A stretch of 64,000 nt of DNA from Elsinoe ampelina (lineage: Eukaryota): the NCBI GenBank assembly GCA_010093995.1, contig ML992509.1, positions 480,178-544,177 on the forward strand, given 5' to 3'. Both the position numbers and the translations under genes were made by a program. Shown here piece after piece: positions 10,640 through 23,296 of this stretch. The notes below the pieces were generated by a model, which was not told where the DNA came from, searched no databases, and worked only from the letters and a program-made list of their open reading frames with translations. The first letter of the stretch is position 1. Each line of letters starts with the position of its first letter.

Positions 10640-12967
10640 AAGTCTAATATAGAGACCTAAGATAAATTAGTTAAGCTAAACTAGGCTTAGTTAGAGTTAG
10701 TTTACTACTAACTATAGTAGTTAGAAGGTAATTAATAGACTCTAAGCTTAGATAGCCTATAACTTTATACTAAGATTAATTAGTCCTTATAGTAACTATA
10801 GTAAATACTAATAGTAGATAATTATTATTATCCCTTAATACTATAGTAGTAATATTAGAAACTTTAGAGTTATTCTTAAAGATATATTAGTTATACTTTA
10901 GTATAACTAAGAAAAGCACGTTTCCTTTATAGCTAATCTCTATAGTTTAAGTGTTCTAGTAGACTCTACTATTAATAAATCTTCTAAGGCTAACTAGATT
11001 AGTTATAATTAATAGTATATAAGCTACTTTTATAAGATAGATAGTTATAAGCTTTCCTTTATAAAGAGCTATAATATTAATAGTTCTCTAACTCTTAATA
11101 CTAAGTAAGGTATTACTATAGAATAGCTTCTTATAAGGTTCTATAATTCTAGTAACCTTATATCTATCCCTTATAGTATAATTATAGATATAATTAGTTA
11201 CTCTAGAATCTAGTATCTATAAGTTAGAGATGTTACTAGTAGCTAAGATAAATACTAAGTATAATCTAATAGTAATAGCTATATTAATTAATACTAGTAG
11301 GGTTAACCCCTTCTAATGTTATACTTCCTTAGTAATAGAAGCTTTAATTCTCTCTTTAAGAGTTTTATTATTTAGCCTTTATTTAATCTCCTTTATAGTC
11401 TACTAGTTTAGTGTCTATCCTTCTAGCCTTAGATACTTATTTAAGTAATAGCACTTAATCTACTTATACTAGCCTTAGTATATATATTTAGGCTCCTTAG
11501 AGAGACTAGGTTTCTTATAAAGAACATTCTTAGTAGCTATAGAGAAGGCCGTAGCCCCCTTACTAGCCTTTATAGTACTATATAGCTTATAGAGTTTATA
11601 AAACTATCTAAACTTAGTAATTAGTTTAAGTATAGTTAGTAGAGTTAGTAAATCTAGATTAATAAGGTACTTATTAGCAAATACTAGTTTAGCCTTTAAG
11701 ATAGAGAGTAAGAAGTCTCTCTATAGCTTTAAGCCTTAAGCTTCTAGTAGATTATAGTTCCTAGCTTTATCTATAACCTCTTTCTATTACTAAAGCTAAT
11801 AGTCTATATTCTATAAGGAAGAGCTAGATAGCTACTTTCTCTAGAGTACTTTAACCTTAAGCTAAATAGCTATATTAGATAGAGTAAATCTGTTCTTTAA
11901 TACTCTAAGGATAGCCTATAGATAAGGATCCTCTTCTAGTTAGATAATAGTAAGAACTTGTAGTGTAATTAATAACTAAATAAGGCTAGCTAAATTAGCT
12001 AAGGCCTTATACTATTTATTATATTATACTTGTTTCTTCTTATATATCTAGAAGAGTACTAAGAAGTTAGTATTTACTACCTCTAGCCTTTAAGGCTTAG
12101 GGAGCCCTTCTAGTTTAATAGTCTTCTAGGGATTAATAAGGTTCTATATCTTCGTATTTAATACTCTTATTTTGATAATATATAGCTAGCTAGTCTATTT
12201 AGCTAATATAGTAAGAATAATAAGTGTTCTAGCTATTAAGGTGTTAGTATCTATAGTTGTTTATCCCTTTATTAATATCTAAATCCTGTAGTTATAGTTA
12301 AGGCAGTTCTTAATAGATTCTAATACTTAAAAAGCAAGATAGTAGAGAATTAACTAATAAATAGAGTAGGAAAGTAACTACGTAATATACTTATATAGGG
12401 GTAGTTATACCGGGCTTATAACTATTAACTTGTGTAGGGGAGGAAAAAGGATTAATTACTACCTAAACTACTAAAATAAGGTAGATTATAACTATATAAA
12501 TACTTAACCTAGTATACTAAAAGATAGCTAAATTAAAAGAACTCCTTAATAGCAATAGATTAAGACAATAACTATCTAATTTAATCATGAATTAGTAGAG
12601 TAGTAGATAAGTGTTTAGTTCCACCAGGGGATGAACTGAATCAGGGTCCTTCTTGGCGCTCCAGCTTATACCTCGGTTGACAAAAACGCTTGACGTCGTG
12701 ACGCCGTCTTTTTTTTCCCGCCTACGCCATCTGCTGCAGAAACGGCGGCAGTCCGGCACCAGACTGATGGCAACAGTTCATGAATCATTAGACTTTGATC
12801 CTTCTTTTCGCTGCACTGTCGTGACTGTACACTAGATACATGAGTTCCTCCGTCTACAGAGGATTAATGATCAGACACTCTCTATAAGGATTTCGACAAT
12901 TTGCTTGCATCGTCAGTACTGCAGTTGACACTACTGGACTTGGACAAACAAACACACGAATCAAGGC

Positions 12968-14965
12968 ATGACGGATAGCAGAGCGGATACCGAGGTCCCC
13001 TCTGCAAACAACACGAAACCACATACTCCAGATGCTGCTTCAGACAATGTAGCGGATACATCAAGCAATGGCAACCATGCACCACTAGCAGAACATAAGA
13101 ACGAGGATGTTTTGCCATCCGATTCATCAACGACATCACCCCACAACAAGGAGAGCGATGGAGCCACGCCAGCCAAACCGCCACACGATGAATCCAATGA
13201 CTTTGAGAAAAGTAGCATCGGCAAGCGTTCCGTTGTCATGTCCGCGCTATGTATGGCTGTCTTCCTCGCTGCCCTTGACGTGACCATCATCACAACTGCT
13301 CTGCCCACCATCTCATCAGAATTCCAATCATCAGCTGGATATACCTGGATCGGCTCCGCCTTCCTGCTCGGAAATGCTTCTTCAGTGCCAACGTGGGGGA
13401 AGGTCTCCGATATCTTCGGCCGGAAGCCTGTTCTACTTGTCGCCAATGTTGTCTTCTTCATCGGTTCCCTCGTGGCCGGGCTAGCAAACAGCATTGGGAT
13501 GCTCATCGCTGCACGAGCAATTCAAGGTGTTGGTGCTGGAGGTCTTGTCATTCTTGTCAATATTACCATTGCCGACTTGTTCAGTCTCCGGAATCGTGGT
13601 GCCTACTATGGGGTCATCGGTATGGTTTGGGCATTCGCCTCGGCCATTGGGCCGATCATTGGTGGTGCATTCACGCAGAGGGTATCGTGGCGTTGGTGGT
13701 AAGTACCGATGTCACTCCTAAGAACCCCAGCTGATAGCAACCAAGCTTTTACATCAATCTGCCCATTACTGGCGCGTGTCTGGGAGTCCTGTTCTTCTTC
13801 CTCGACGTCAAGACGCCCAAGACACCAATTCTAGAAGGTTTGAAGGCTATTGATTGGATCGGGTCCGTCACTGTAATAGGAGCGACCCTCATGTTTCTCT
13901 TCGGTAGGCCAATCTTTGCTAAATTCGGAGCTTCTAGCATACTAATCCTGCACAGGCATCGAATACGGCGGCGTGACCCATCCTTGGGACTCCGCCATCG
14001 TCGTCTGCCTCATCGTCTTTGGCATCGTCACCTTCGGCATCTTCGCAATCATCCAATGGAAAGTCTCCCGCTACCCGATCATGCCCCTCTCCATCTTCTC
14101 CAAACGCTCCACCTGCGCCTGCCTCTTCATCGTCTCCATTCACGGCATGGTTTTCATCGCCTCCTCCTACTACCTCCCGCTCTACTTCCAAGCCTCCCTC
14201 GGCGCCTCCCCTCTCCGCTCCGGCGTCCTCCTCCTCCCCACCTGCGGCGCCCTCTCCGTCACCTCCCTCGGCACAGGCTTCTACATCCGCAAAACAGGCC
14301 GCTACCTAGACTGCATCTACTTCGGCTTCTTCTTCATGACCCTCGGCCACGGCCTCTTCATCGACCTGACCGCCGACTCCCCCCTCGCCAAAATCGTCAT
14401 CTACCAACTCATCGCGGGTTTCGGCATCGGTCCGCTCTTCCAGTCCCCACTCATCGCATTGCAATCCCGCATCAAACCCCGCGACATCGCCACCGCGACC
14501 GCCACTTTCGGCTTCGTCCGCCAACTCTCAACCTCCATCTCCGTCGTCATAGGCGGCGTCATCTACCAAAACGAAATGCGCAAACGGAGCTCCATCCTCG
14601 TCGACGCTTTGGGTCCACAGAACGGCAACGCCCTCTCCGGCGCCGGTGCGGGCGCCAATACGCAGCTTGTCAACTCTCTCTCGGAACCCGGCAAGGGTGT
14701 AGCGCAGGGCGCGTTCGCGGATAGTCTGTCCACGATGTGGATCCTCTACGTGGCGCTCGCGGGCGTGGGACTGTTGGTTGTCCCGCTCATCGGGACGAAG
14801 GAGTTGAGCGGGGAGCATCAGGAGGCGAAGACGGGGTTGGAGGCGGAGAGGGAGAAGGAGGCGGAGAGGAAGCGGGAGGAGGAGGAGAGGAGGGCGAGGA
14901 AGGGGAGGAAGAGTTTGGGGGATGTGGAGGCGCCGCTGCCGACCACAGGGGAGAAGGGGTCGTGA
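12968..14965 (+). CDS. MFS drug/toxin efflux transporter, DHA2 (14-TM) family; introns 13699-13745 and 13904-13955
   Basis: Motifs LDVTIITTALPTI, WGKVSDIFGRK (motif A), [23 protein letters not shown] after splicing; canonical GT..AG introns join the ORFs in frame. Confidence 0.95.
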
Positions 14966-15069
14966 GAGGAAGAAAGAGGAGGATGGGATGCATAGCGCGT
15001 GGCAGGGCATGGTGGGGGGAAGTGTATCATAGATATCATAGATATCATCCATAGACGTGATATGTATTT

Positions 15070-16386
15070 CTAGGATCTTGTGTCGAGATCTTTGACCTTG
15101 GTTTCGAGTTCTTGTACCCATTTCTCCACTTCGTCGACGTTTGTCTTGAAGCCTTTCTCTGCCCGCTGGATGGCTTCTTCGACCTTTTCCATTCCCGTCC
15201 GCCAGGCTTTGAGTTCTGTGTCTGTTTCATCCTGTCTTTTCTCCAGGTCGGAGAGGAGTTGACTTGCTTGTGCTGCGTCTGTGTGTAGATGGCGCAGTGA
15301 ACGGAGACGAGCGAGGATGGCAGGAACGGAAGGACCGAGGTCGCTGAGCGTGGGGATCAGCGCGTAGAGGGAGCGGAGTTGGGTGATGTCTTCTGCCGAT
15401 AGGGACGGGGTGTTCGCATCATCATCGTCGGTCTTGATCGTTGTAGATTTAAATGTGCCAGACTGCAGTGTCTGCAGGGTCTTGAGTTTGGCTTCAAGGT
15501 TGGGCACATTGTCCGGCGAGGAAAGTAGGGCGATTTGCTGGTCGAGAAGCGAGAGCGTAGGGAGGATGGGGACGATGGAGGAGTCGGAGGATATGTCTGT
15601 GGCGTGCAGACCTAGCGAGTTCTCCAGGGTATTCAGGCGTGCATCGAAAGAGGCAATCTTAGAGAGCGTGGCCTCGTCTATCGACTCTCTAGGAGCCGCT
15701 GGCTGGGTTGCTTGGGGTGCTGCTAGGGTGTTGGAAGGTAGCGGTGTCGCGAGCTGCTTTGCTAGTCTCGCATGAGCAGAGATCGCTTGTCTTTGCGACT
15801 CGTGGATGGAGTCTAGTGCTCGGCTGAGAGCGGTGATATCTTCTGGGCCTGGGTTCTTGACATCTCCCTCGCTAGTCGCTTTTGTGCCTTCCTGCGTTTC
15901 CTCTTTCTCTGCCCGTTGCCTTAAGACGGCCTTGACTTCGGCAATTTCACGATTGAGTCTGGCGACACGTCGTGCAAGGCCTTGATCGTCATCGCCTTCA
16001 CTCTCGCTCCCCGTTCTTACATCTTCAGACCCGTTTACGACGCTCCTTGCCTTGCGACGCGTGGAAACAATATAGCTCTGCTTCTTCGCTGCCACCCGAT
16101 CCGAGAAGTCAGCAGCGGAAGCATCGACCCTAGAGCTCTCAAATCGTCCGCGGGCTTGGTCGAGCTGTAGTCGACTTCGGCTTACTCCAGTAGCGTCGGC
16201 GTCGTCTCCTTCCCCATCGCTGACCGACGGGGATCGTGCAGTATCCTGGTTGGAATCTTCTATCTCAGGACTTTCGTAGACGTCAGGAGCATCGTCCTGG
16301 ATTGTCAATTAGATTATGTGATGGCTATCGGAGATGGATATACTCACAATGTCCAGCAAATGAGCATATTTTCGGACCTGTGCCAT
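15070..16386 (-). CDS. DCTN2: Dynactin subunit 2 (dynamitin/p50)-like; intron 16297-16347
   Basis: Spliced N-terminus MAQVRKYAHLLDI-DDAPDVYESPE; ADFSDRV and RRVARLNREIAEV segments; C-terminal LARLRSLRHLH coiled coil typical of dynamitin. Confidence 0.85.
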
Positions 16387-17381
16387 GTCTTGCACAAATG
16401 TAGCTTTTTGTATATATCTACGTGAGCCGCCAGAAATTTGGGGATGGCGGCGAGCAAAGTGTGGGGAAATGCCCACGTGCCTGACACCCCATGCTTGCTT
16501 GCTCCCTATCCCACCCAAGCCTCTTCGATGCAACATTATGATCCGTCACTATTGTAGATGCGATATGCGAGCGATTCATCGAATATCACCGTGGGTATTT
16601 ACCGCACCTCGGAGCAGAGATCATCAATCGTTTAACACTGTCTTTTGCCTTTGCTTCCCCAAGGACACTTTTGGATGTGCAGCGAGGCAGCATCGCTCTC
16701 AATTGAGGAACATCACAGCGTCCACTACAAAGCACGTCTTCGCCTAGTGCCAATTTCGCGTGTCTCGCGTTTGACACTTCTGCCTGAGATGGTGGCCTGC
16801 CCTACTCAGAAGCGAGTAAGCAGGTCGATTGATGCTTAGCCATGTCTCTTCGGCCGCAGCCCGAGGCGGAGTTCATCAATTGGCTTTTCCTTGGAGCCAG
16901 ACTAACCAAATCAGTCTAGGCTTCGTTGCGGTGTCTCTTTTGGGTTCCGTCATGAAGAAAGATTCGCGCCGGGCCAGAAATTGAGCATGGTAATCTGAGT
17001 TTCCGTGCACTCTTGATAGTGAATTTGGCTCATGTCCTCATCCTAGTCATTCCACCCCCAGGTCCCGCTATCCATCAGTCGAGTCACCTCTTCCAAAAGG
17101 ATGGAACGGTGTCAGCGCTGATTTCCTCTATATCGCCGGCAAGCTGCCTCAGTATCTGCATCTTTCCTTCCTATCTTTTCCCCCCTTTCCACGTTGTTCA
17201 CCTTCGCAGCCTGAATCCCAGGCTGAACAACAGCGCGCCTTCAAGCACGCAGACAGCGTCACTAACACAGCCTGTCACCTGACTGACAAGTCAGCTATCT
17301 CTCACAACATCCCACGACGACACCCATTCACGACCAAAACTGGACTTCAATACCAATCAATTCTTCCACAACTCAATAGCA

Positions 17382-19395
17382 ATGGATTTCTTCCCGGAGA
17401 CTACTGTTCCCTCTTTCTACATTTACCGTGAAACCGGTTCTGACGAGCCCTTCGACCCCACGACTCCTCTGCAGTTCTTCCCTCCCAAGGACTCTGACGA
17501 GCTATTCTTCGCCCTCCGTAATGCGTATCCCAACGTCGCTACCCACTCTGATCGCATGCGGAATGCTGTCATTGAGTTCCTCTTGACCGAGGGTCAAGCT
17601 CAACAGCAGGTCTCGTCCTCTCAAACTTCTCCTAACATGACCATGGACAACTCGATGATATACGACAGCGCATCGACCTCATCCTACTCCCCTTATATCT
17701 CCATGGCGTCTTCCTCCTCTGCTTCCCCAGACATTCCTGCACTCAACCTGGCTGCTTCTCAACCAGTGCAGAGGACAAACTCCCAAGCGAGCGTTGCGCC
17801 TTCCCAATCAAGCGCTCCTCTGGATCAGATGACGAGCGTCTTCAGCCTCACATCTCATTCGCAACCGAAGCTGCGCGTTCGTCGGAAGATGACCGAGGCA
17901 GAGAAGGTCGAGTACCGCAAGCGACGATCTGCTGGTGCTTGCCAATCTTGCAGTTCACGTAAGCGGAAGTGCAAGCACAACAAGGAAGCCGCTTCATCCA
18001 TCACTACTACAGCCACTGCAACCAGCCACCAACGTGTTGTGAAGGCTCTCACCAAGAAACAAGGCAAACAGTCCGCCCCAGCTGCGGGACCACAAATTTC
18101 GACCATGCCACCACTGTCGAGCAAACCGCTGATCTCTTTCGACAATGCAATACCCGGAGATCTAATGAGCTTTGATGATGCAGAGCTCTTCCCAATGCAA
18201 GCCGACGCCGATTGGACTCTACTCGACTTTGACGCACCAATCCTACCAGACTTTTCTCTGAACCATCAATCGTCTTCCCGCGTACACAATGATCGAACAT
18301 CGCCAGATGGCCAACGGCAAGAAATGTTCTACGGGAGAAACGCGCTAGGATATACAAATGATCATCTCCTGGATGTAGAGGGACCGTACGACCCAGTAAT
18401 GAGCTCACAACAGCCAACTCACACGTTCCACACCCACGACACTCTATCTCCACGCAAGCAGTCCGATGGATCGACGACTCATCCAACCGGAGTCTTCATT
18501 CACGGTTTCGACCAAGATGAACCACTTCGCCACAAGACTGTGGGCATGTCCGATACAGGAAGAGGTGTAGCAGATGGCGGTCATGGCTATGCACCTACAA
18601 TGGCAGCTCCTTCGCGTATCCTAGCTAACGGAATCGCGTCTGGATTATCAGTAGATGATCCCATCGCTGCCGCGTCTGTCAAGGATAGACAATCGCTGAG
18701 TATGTTGATCCCGGTCATGCACAGTAGATCTTTACTAACCATCGTTAGCTCTACGCGACTCTGGCCAAGCACCGCTCGTCAAGGGCGGCGTCCCTCAGGG
18801 CCCACTCAAGTTGAAGGGCCCATCGCCAGGATTCTCGGTGGTATCACCAGGATCTGCACTCGTAGCCGCCTCTGAGAGTGCACCATTGACCGTGATAACA
18901 TCCGAACGTGCTGTGAGATCACGATCTGCTCTGGTCGTAAACTCGCCGCAAGATGCATCGACTATGGCCAATGGACTCAGCCGCCCAGCATCAACAAGCA
19001 CATCATCCGCGGAGACGGTCCTGGCCTCGACCGTATCATCGGGCACGTCCGCCATATCGAACTCCCACCAGACGGTAGTCACCGCCTCTCACCAAGAAAG
19101 AGGCGATAATGCATCGACATGCCCTCGCTCTGCCCCGCGCTCACCATCTATACTAGGCGTCTCCACCCGACCCTCGCCTGATTCCTTTACGGACGACTTC
19201 CACGACGTCCGACCCACTCTTGAGACATACCTCAAGACGATTGGCGAGATTCAACTGTGTATCCTTTGCACCATGCTGTCGAGTCTGCCCGTTGCACGTA
19301 TGGCCAACGAGATCACGACCTTGTCGTCGTCGAATGCTTCTGCTATCGACGATCTGACGAGCATGTGCTCGAGGATGCAGATTGCCGCTGCTTAA
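17382..19395 (+). CDS. Putative DNA-binding regulator with basic region plus CxxCxxRKRKCxH motif; intron 18700-18748
   Basis: 497-aa and 194-aa ORFs join in frame via GTATGT..CTAAC..TAG intron; motif RRKMTEAEKVEYRKRRSAGACQSCSSRKRKCKH; remainder Ser/Thr-rich low complexity. Confidence 0.7.
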
Positions 19396-19939
19396 CAGAG
19401 AGTTTTTGCAGCGGAGAAGAGATCGGTGTGGGACACGGAGTTATACGACCATGTCATTGATTGGATGTAGCTTTAGCTGCCCGAGCGTTCGAGGGATCTT
19501 TTGATGTTAGCGTGGCATCACACAGGCTGAGTCTCAATGGAGTCTTTGATGATGAAGTTCTTTCGATGTCGTGATCTCGTCAATTGGTCTATATACAATG
19601 TCCTGAACGAGCCGAGTCTGAGACTCAATCGTAGCTGTTGACCCTGTTGACCACGACTGTGCTGTACTATGACCTCGCAAATCTGCCTGGACGAGAATGC
19701 CACGGTTTCTCCTGGTGGCCTGATTTTTGTTACCACCTACCCGCTGTCCCGATACGCCAGACTCCCAGCTCCGTCCCCGTATCCCTCATGCTAATGATGT
19801 TGAGCTGATTATTCGGCTCGAATGCACATGTGAAGCTCCGCGCCACCTGCCTCGTGGCAGCAAGTACTGGTGTGCGTATAGAAGTTCACCTCTATGGTGT
19901 ACCATGACGATTCAGACATAGGTCAAGCGCTCCTTTGCC

Positions 19940-20356
19940 TCACAGAGACGCCGCAGCCTCCACCAGACCGGCTCCCTTGAACAGACCAGGGTTCGTGATC
20001 TCAATCTTGACCGGATACTTCCACTCCATGACCTTGGCCCACCCTGCTTCGCGTTAGCATTGCTCGCATCGGCCTGTTTGCCAGTACTCACCCCAATATG
20101 CAGCCTTCCGCCCAAAGTATTTACCCAAGTATGGTACCAGAACCATCGTCAACAGCAGCTCGAGCTGTTGTAACGACTCCCTCCATTCTCTTTCCGCATC
20201 GTTCTCGGCCTCTTCCTCTGATGGTGATACTGATGTTGATGAAGCACTCGTGGAGGGGAGAGAATCGATGTCGTCGCCGCTTGAGCAGGGAGCTTGCGAC
20301 AGATTGTGATAGGACGAGTCCGTCAATCCAGCTGCACCATGATCGTCCTCCATCAT
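19940..20356 (-). CDS. MIM2: Mitochondrial import protein Mim2; intron 20044-20091
   Basis: DAEREWRESLQQLELLLTMVLVPYLGKYFGRKAAYWGWAKVMEW is the Mim2 signature after an acidic N-terminus; second exon ends in TGA at 19940-19942. Confidence 0.85.
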
Positions 20357-20587
20357 GTACAACGATGCAAAGTGATGCGATGCTAACTGTCGAGCACCTG
20401 AGGTCACTGGCGGGGAGCCCTGGCGGAAGTTCCTGCCGAGGATTCACCGAGCGCATGTTTGACGACTTCGTCAGATTTATGACTCCAAGTGTCTTTGTCA
20501 CATACAACACTACAACTTCAGCGCTGTTCGGAAAGAAAACTCCACGTGCTAGCAACGAGCAAGAGAGAACTTCAACAACCACCCAGC

Positions 20588-21729
20588 ATGGCGGACACTG
20601 TACGATCGGCCTTCTCACGCGACCTCCCAGTCGCAGGAGTTACCCCTCCATCCAAAACAGAGGACTGACTTACATCACAGGAAACCGCACTTCCCGACCG
20701 CACCAAGCGAAAGTCGGTTGCCTTCAGCGAAGGCACAACGATAGTCGACAGCAATGGCGAAGTCACAGAAGTGAACGGCAACCATGGTGAGAAAGACAGC
20801 GCTGATTCGCACTCGAAACCTTGTACGACAACTACAAGTAGATCCGGCATGTACATGGCTAACAGCTAGACAGCCGACAGCAAGCCCGACGATGAGACTG
20901 CCGCCATGTTTGAAGGTCTTAAGAAGAAGAAGAAGTCTAGCAAGTCCAAGGAGAAGAGCGACGAGGCTGTAGTGGACGACGACGCAGCAGTCGCTGATGG
21001 AGAATTCGACCCGTCTGCTCTCAAGAAAAAGAAGAAGAAGAAGGTCAAGGCCGTCGATACCGAGGACTTTGAGGCCAAGCTGGCCGAAGCAGGCGCAACA
21101 GAAAACGCCGACGAGGAGAAGCCAGCAGTCGACACATCTGCCTCGCAAGAGGGCGATCCGAACAAGGGCACTGGTATCTGGGCCCACGAGAACACCACGC
21201 CCATCGAGTACACTCCTCTGCTCTCGCGCTTCTTCAACCAGCTCCACTCGCACCACCCAGATCTTGCAGGAGCGGGCACAAAGTCATACAAGATCCCGCC
21301 ACCGCAGTGTCTTCGTGAAGGTAACAAGAAGACCATCTTTGCCAATATTGCCGAGATCTGCAAGAGGATGAAGAGGACAGACGAGCACGTCACACAATTC
21401 TTGTTTGCTGAATTGGGTACTTCTGGTTCCGTGGATGGTAGTAGACGACTGGTTATCAAGGGTCGTTTCCAGCAGAAGCAGATTGAGAACGTTCTGAGGC
21501 GATACATTGGTAAGCAACAGTGTTGGCTCTGTTCACGGACTACACTGACATGATCACAGTTGAATACGTCACCTGCAAGACCTGCAGGTCTCCCGACACC
21601 GAGCTCAGCAAGGGAGAGAACAGGTTGTACTTCGTTACCTGCAACTCTTGCGGATCCCGACGATCCGTCACGGCCATCAAGACCGGTTTCTCTGCCCAAG
21701 TCGGCAAGAGAAAGAGGCAGCAAGGTTAA
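20588..21729 (+). CDS. SUI3: Translation initiation factor eIF2 subunit beta; introns 20600-20680, 20823-20874, 21510-21559
   Basis: Poly-Lys boxes, [31 protein letters not shown]2-C2 finger CKTC..CNSC. Confidence 0.97.
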
Positions 21730-21907
21730 GCGCCATGCCACCCAACCAAGCATATGTACTCAAGCGGCTACTATCATTCATGTCTTTCTTTCCTACCTCG
21801 CATAGACTGGTATCAAGAGAAAGCATGACATTACGGGCTCACGTAGCAGACAGAATGACGACATCAAAAGGTGATTACAAGCATGACATTTACTCTCTAC
21901 CTCTACT

Positions 21908-23296
21908 CTAGTCAAAAGTGACCTTCTTTCCCTGCCCCTGCACAATCGCACCACTCTGCCTTGGCGCATTCGCCAATGCCTGACCCGGGGCAATTGTCCT
22001 TGCGTCCCTAGGTCTCCTCGATCTAGCTTCCGCCTTTTGCTCCTCCGTACCTCTGACCCTATGCCTGCGCCGCTTCTCGTGCGTCTGGCCTCCTTCCTCT
22101 CCCCATTCCATAGCCTCCACAGCGCCAGTTCCAGCCCCAGCCCCAGCACCATCCTCCGCTCTCCTCCCCTTGCCAAACCGCTTCTTATACCGTGTCGACG
22201 CATCCTCAGCGTACTCACACCTCAACAACCGTCCCCTAAGCTTATTAATCCACCACTTCCTCTTCTTCGCCGGCGCGAGCTTCTTCCCCTCCTTCCCCTC
22301 CTCCTCCCCTCCCTCCTCCCCCTCTACCTCTCCCTCCCCTCCCCCCTCCCCAGCCAAATCATCCTCCACCTTCCAAACCCACCCCCTCACCGCCCTCTCC
22401 GCCTCCTCTTCCGTCCCGAACCTCACCCACCCAAACCCCTTACACTTTCCCGTATCCTCAAACGTCGCGACAAACGTATCCTCCACCTCGCCCGCCATCC
22501 CAAAATGCCCCTCCAACTCTTCGCGCGTGGTATCGAACGCCAGATTCCCCACAAACACCCTCTTACTCCTCGGCTTCCCCTCCTTGCCCTCGCCCGCCTT
22601 GCCCGCCTCACCCGCGTTGCCCGCGTTGCCCGCCGTGGCAGCAGCAGCAGCGACCACCTCAGGCCGACCGGAGAAGTTATTCGCGTCTTTGACCAGCACG
22701 TTGCGGCCGTCCAGGACCGACTCGGTCGCCTGCAGGGCTTGGAACACGCCTTCCGCCGAGTCAAAGTCGACGTACGCGAAGCCTTTGTTCTGGAACTTGG
22801 GCGGGTCTGCGGCCGGCGCGTTGGTGGGTTGTTGGGAGGAGGAGGAGGAGGCGGCGGTGATGATTTGTCGGATCTGGTGCGGGAGGAGCGGGCGGGTGGA
22901 TAGCGGGAGGTGCACGCGTGTGATCTGGGAGGGGTGCAGGGAGGCGGTGGTGCAGAGGTGGTGGCGGAGGGAGGATGGTGTGGTGAGGAAGGAGAGGTTG
23001 CCTATCCAGATGCCGTGGGGGGAGCGGGCGGGGGGAGTTGCGGTGGTTGGGGGAGGAGGGGAGGGGGAGGGGGGGAGAGGGGAGGGGGGGGCTTCTTCGG
23101 TGAGGTCGGAGATGTCGTGGAGGGAGGCTTTGGGGGCGGAGGTGGTTTTGCCCTTTTTGGCGCGGCGGGCGGCTTTCTTCGAGGGTGGTTCGGGGAGGGA
23201 GACGTCGACTTCGATTTCTTCCGTGGGTGCAGAGTTTCGTTTGCGCTTTTTCGAGGAGGAGTCGGGGGGCGGTGGGGAGGTGCTGGTGGTTGCCAT
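21908..23296 (-). CDS. NOP13: Nucleolar two-RRM RNA-binding protein (Nop13/Rnp24-like)
   Basis: IWIGNL..NKGFAYVDF and VFVGNL..CKGFGWVRF RNP2/RNP1 pairs; EIEVDVSLPEPPSKKA N-terminal motif; C-terminal GKKVTFD. Start placed at the in-frame ATG 23296. Confidence 0.85.
   Translation of the reverse strand: MATTSTSPPPPDSSSKKRKRNSAPTEEIEVDVSLPEPPSKKAARRAKKGKTTSAPKASLHDISDLTEEAPPSPLPPSPSPPPPTTATPPARSPHGIWIGNLSFLTTPSSLRHHLCTTASLHPSQITRVHLPLSTRPLLPHQIRQIITAASSSSSQQPTNAPAADPPKFQNKGFAYVDFDSAEGVFQALQATESVLDGRNVLVKDANNFSGRPEVVAAAAATAGNAGNAGEAGKAGEGKEGKPRSKRVFVGNLAFDTTREELEGHFGMAGEVEDTFVATFEDTGKCKGFGWVRFGTEEEAERAVRGWVWKVEDDLAGEGGGEGEVEGEEGGEEEGKEGKKLAPAKKRKWWINKLRGRLLRCEYAEDASTRYKKRFGKGRRAEDGAGAGAGTGAVEAMEWGEEGGQTHEKRRRHRVRGTEEQKAEARSRRPRDARTIAPGQALANAPRQSGAIVQGQGKKVTFD

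Larger units (their letters stand above)
1..12590 (-). mobile_element. RIP-degenerate Ty1/copia LTR retrotransposon, interrupted by a hAT element at 285-9528; RT/RNaseH half lies left of the window; outer LTR boundary approximate
   Basis: Minus strand, reversing RIP transitions: PBS-like GTTATAAGCCCGG (12410-12422, cf. copia GTTATGAGCCC) next to a putative LTR end at 12423; Gag Cys/His knuckle at ~11440-11487; protease TAG ATA CTA GAT TCT AGA GTA ACT AAT TAT ATC TAT = W-I-L-D-S-G-A-T-x-H-I-C (11181-11219); pre-integrase W-H-K-V-M-G-H (10752-10772); pre-RT L-P-P-P-P..ELK.HP-like segment at ~8-70. Order PR-IN-(RT) is copia-type. Confidence 0.78.

Noticed and set aside
13840..15121. Long overlapping Arg/Pro/His- or Gly/Glu-rich alternative-frame ORFs (also over the Nop13-like, RhoGEF, aminopeptidase and SH3 genes)
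   Set aside because: Shadow ORFs produced by extreme C/G codon bias of the real genes; no recognisable motifs.
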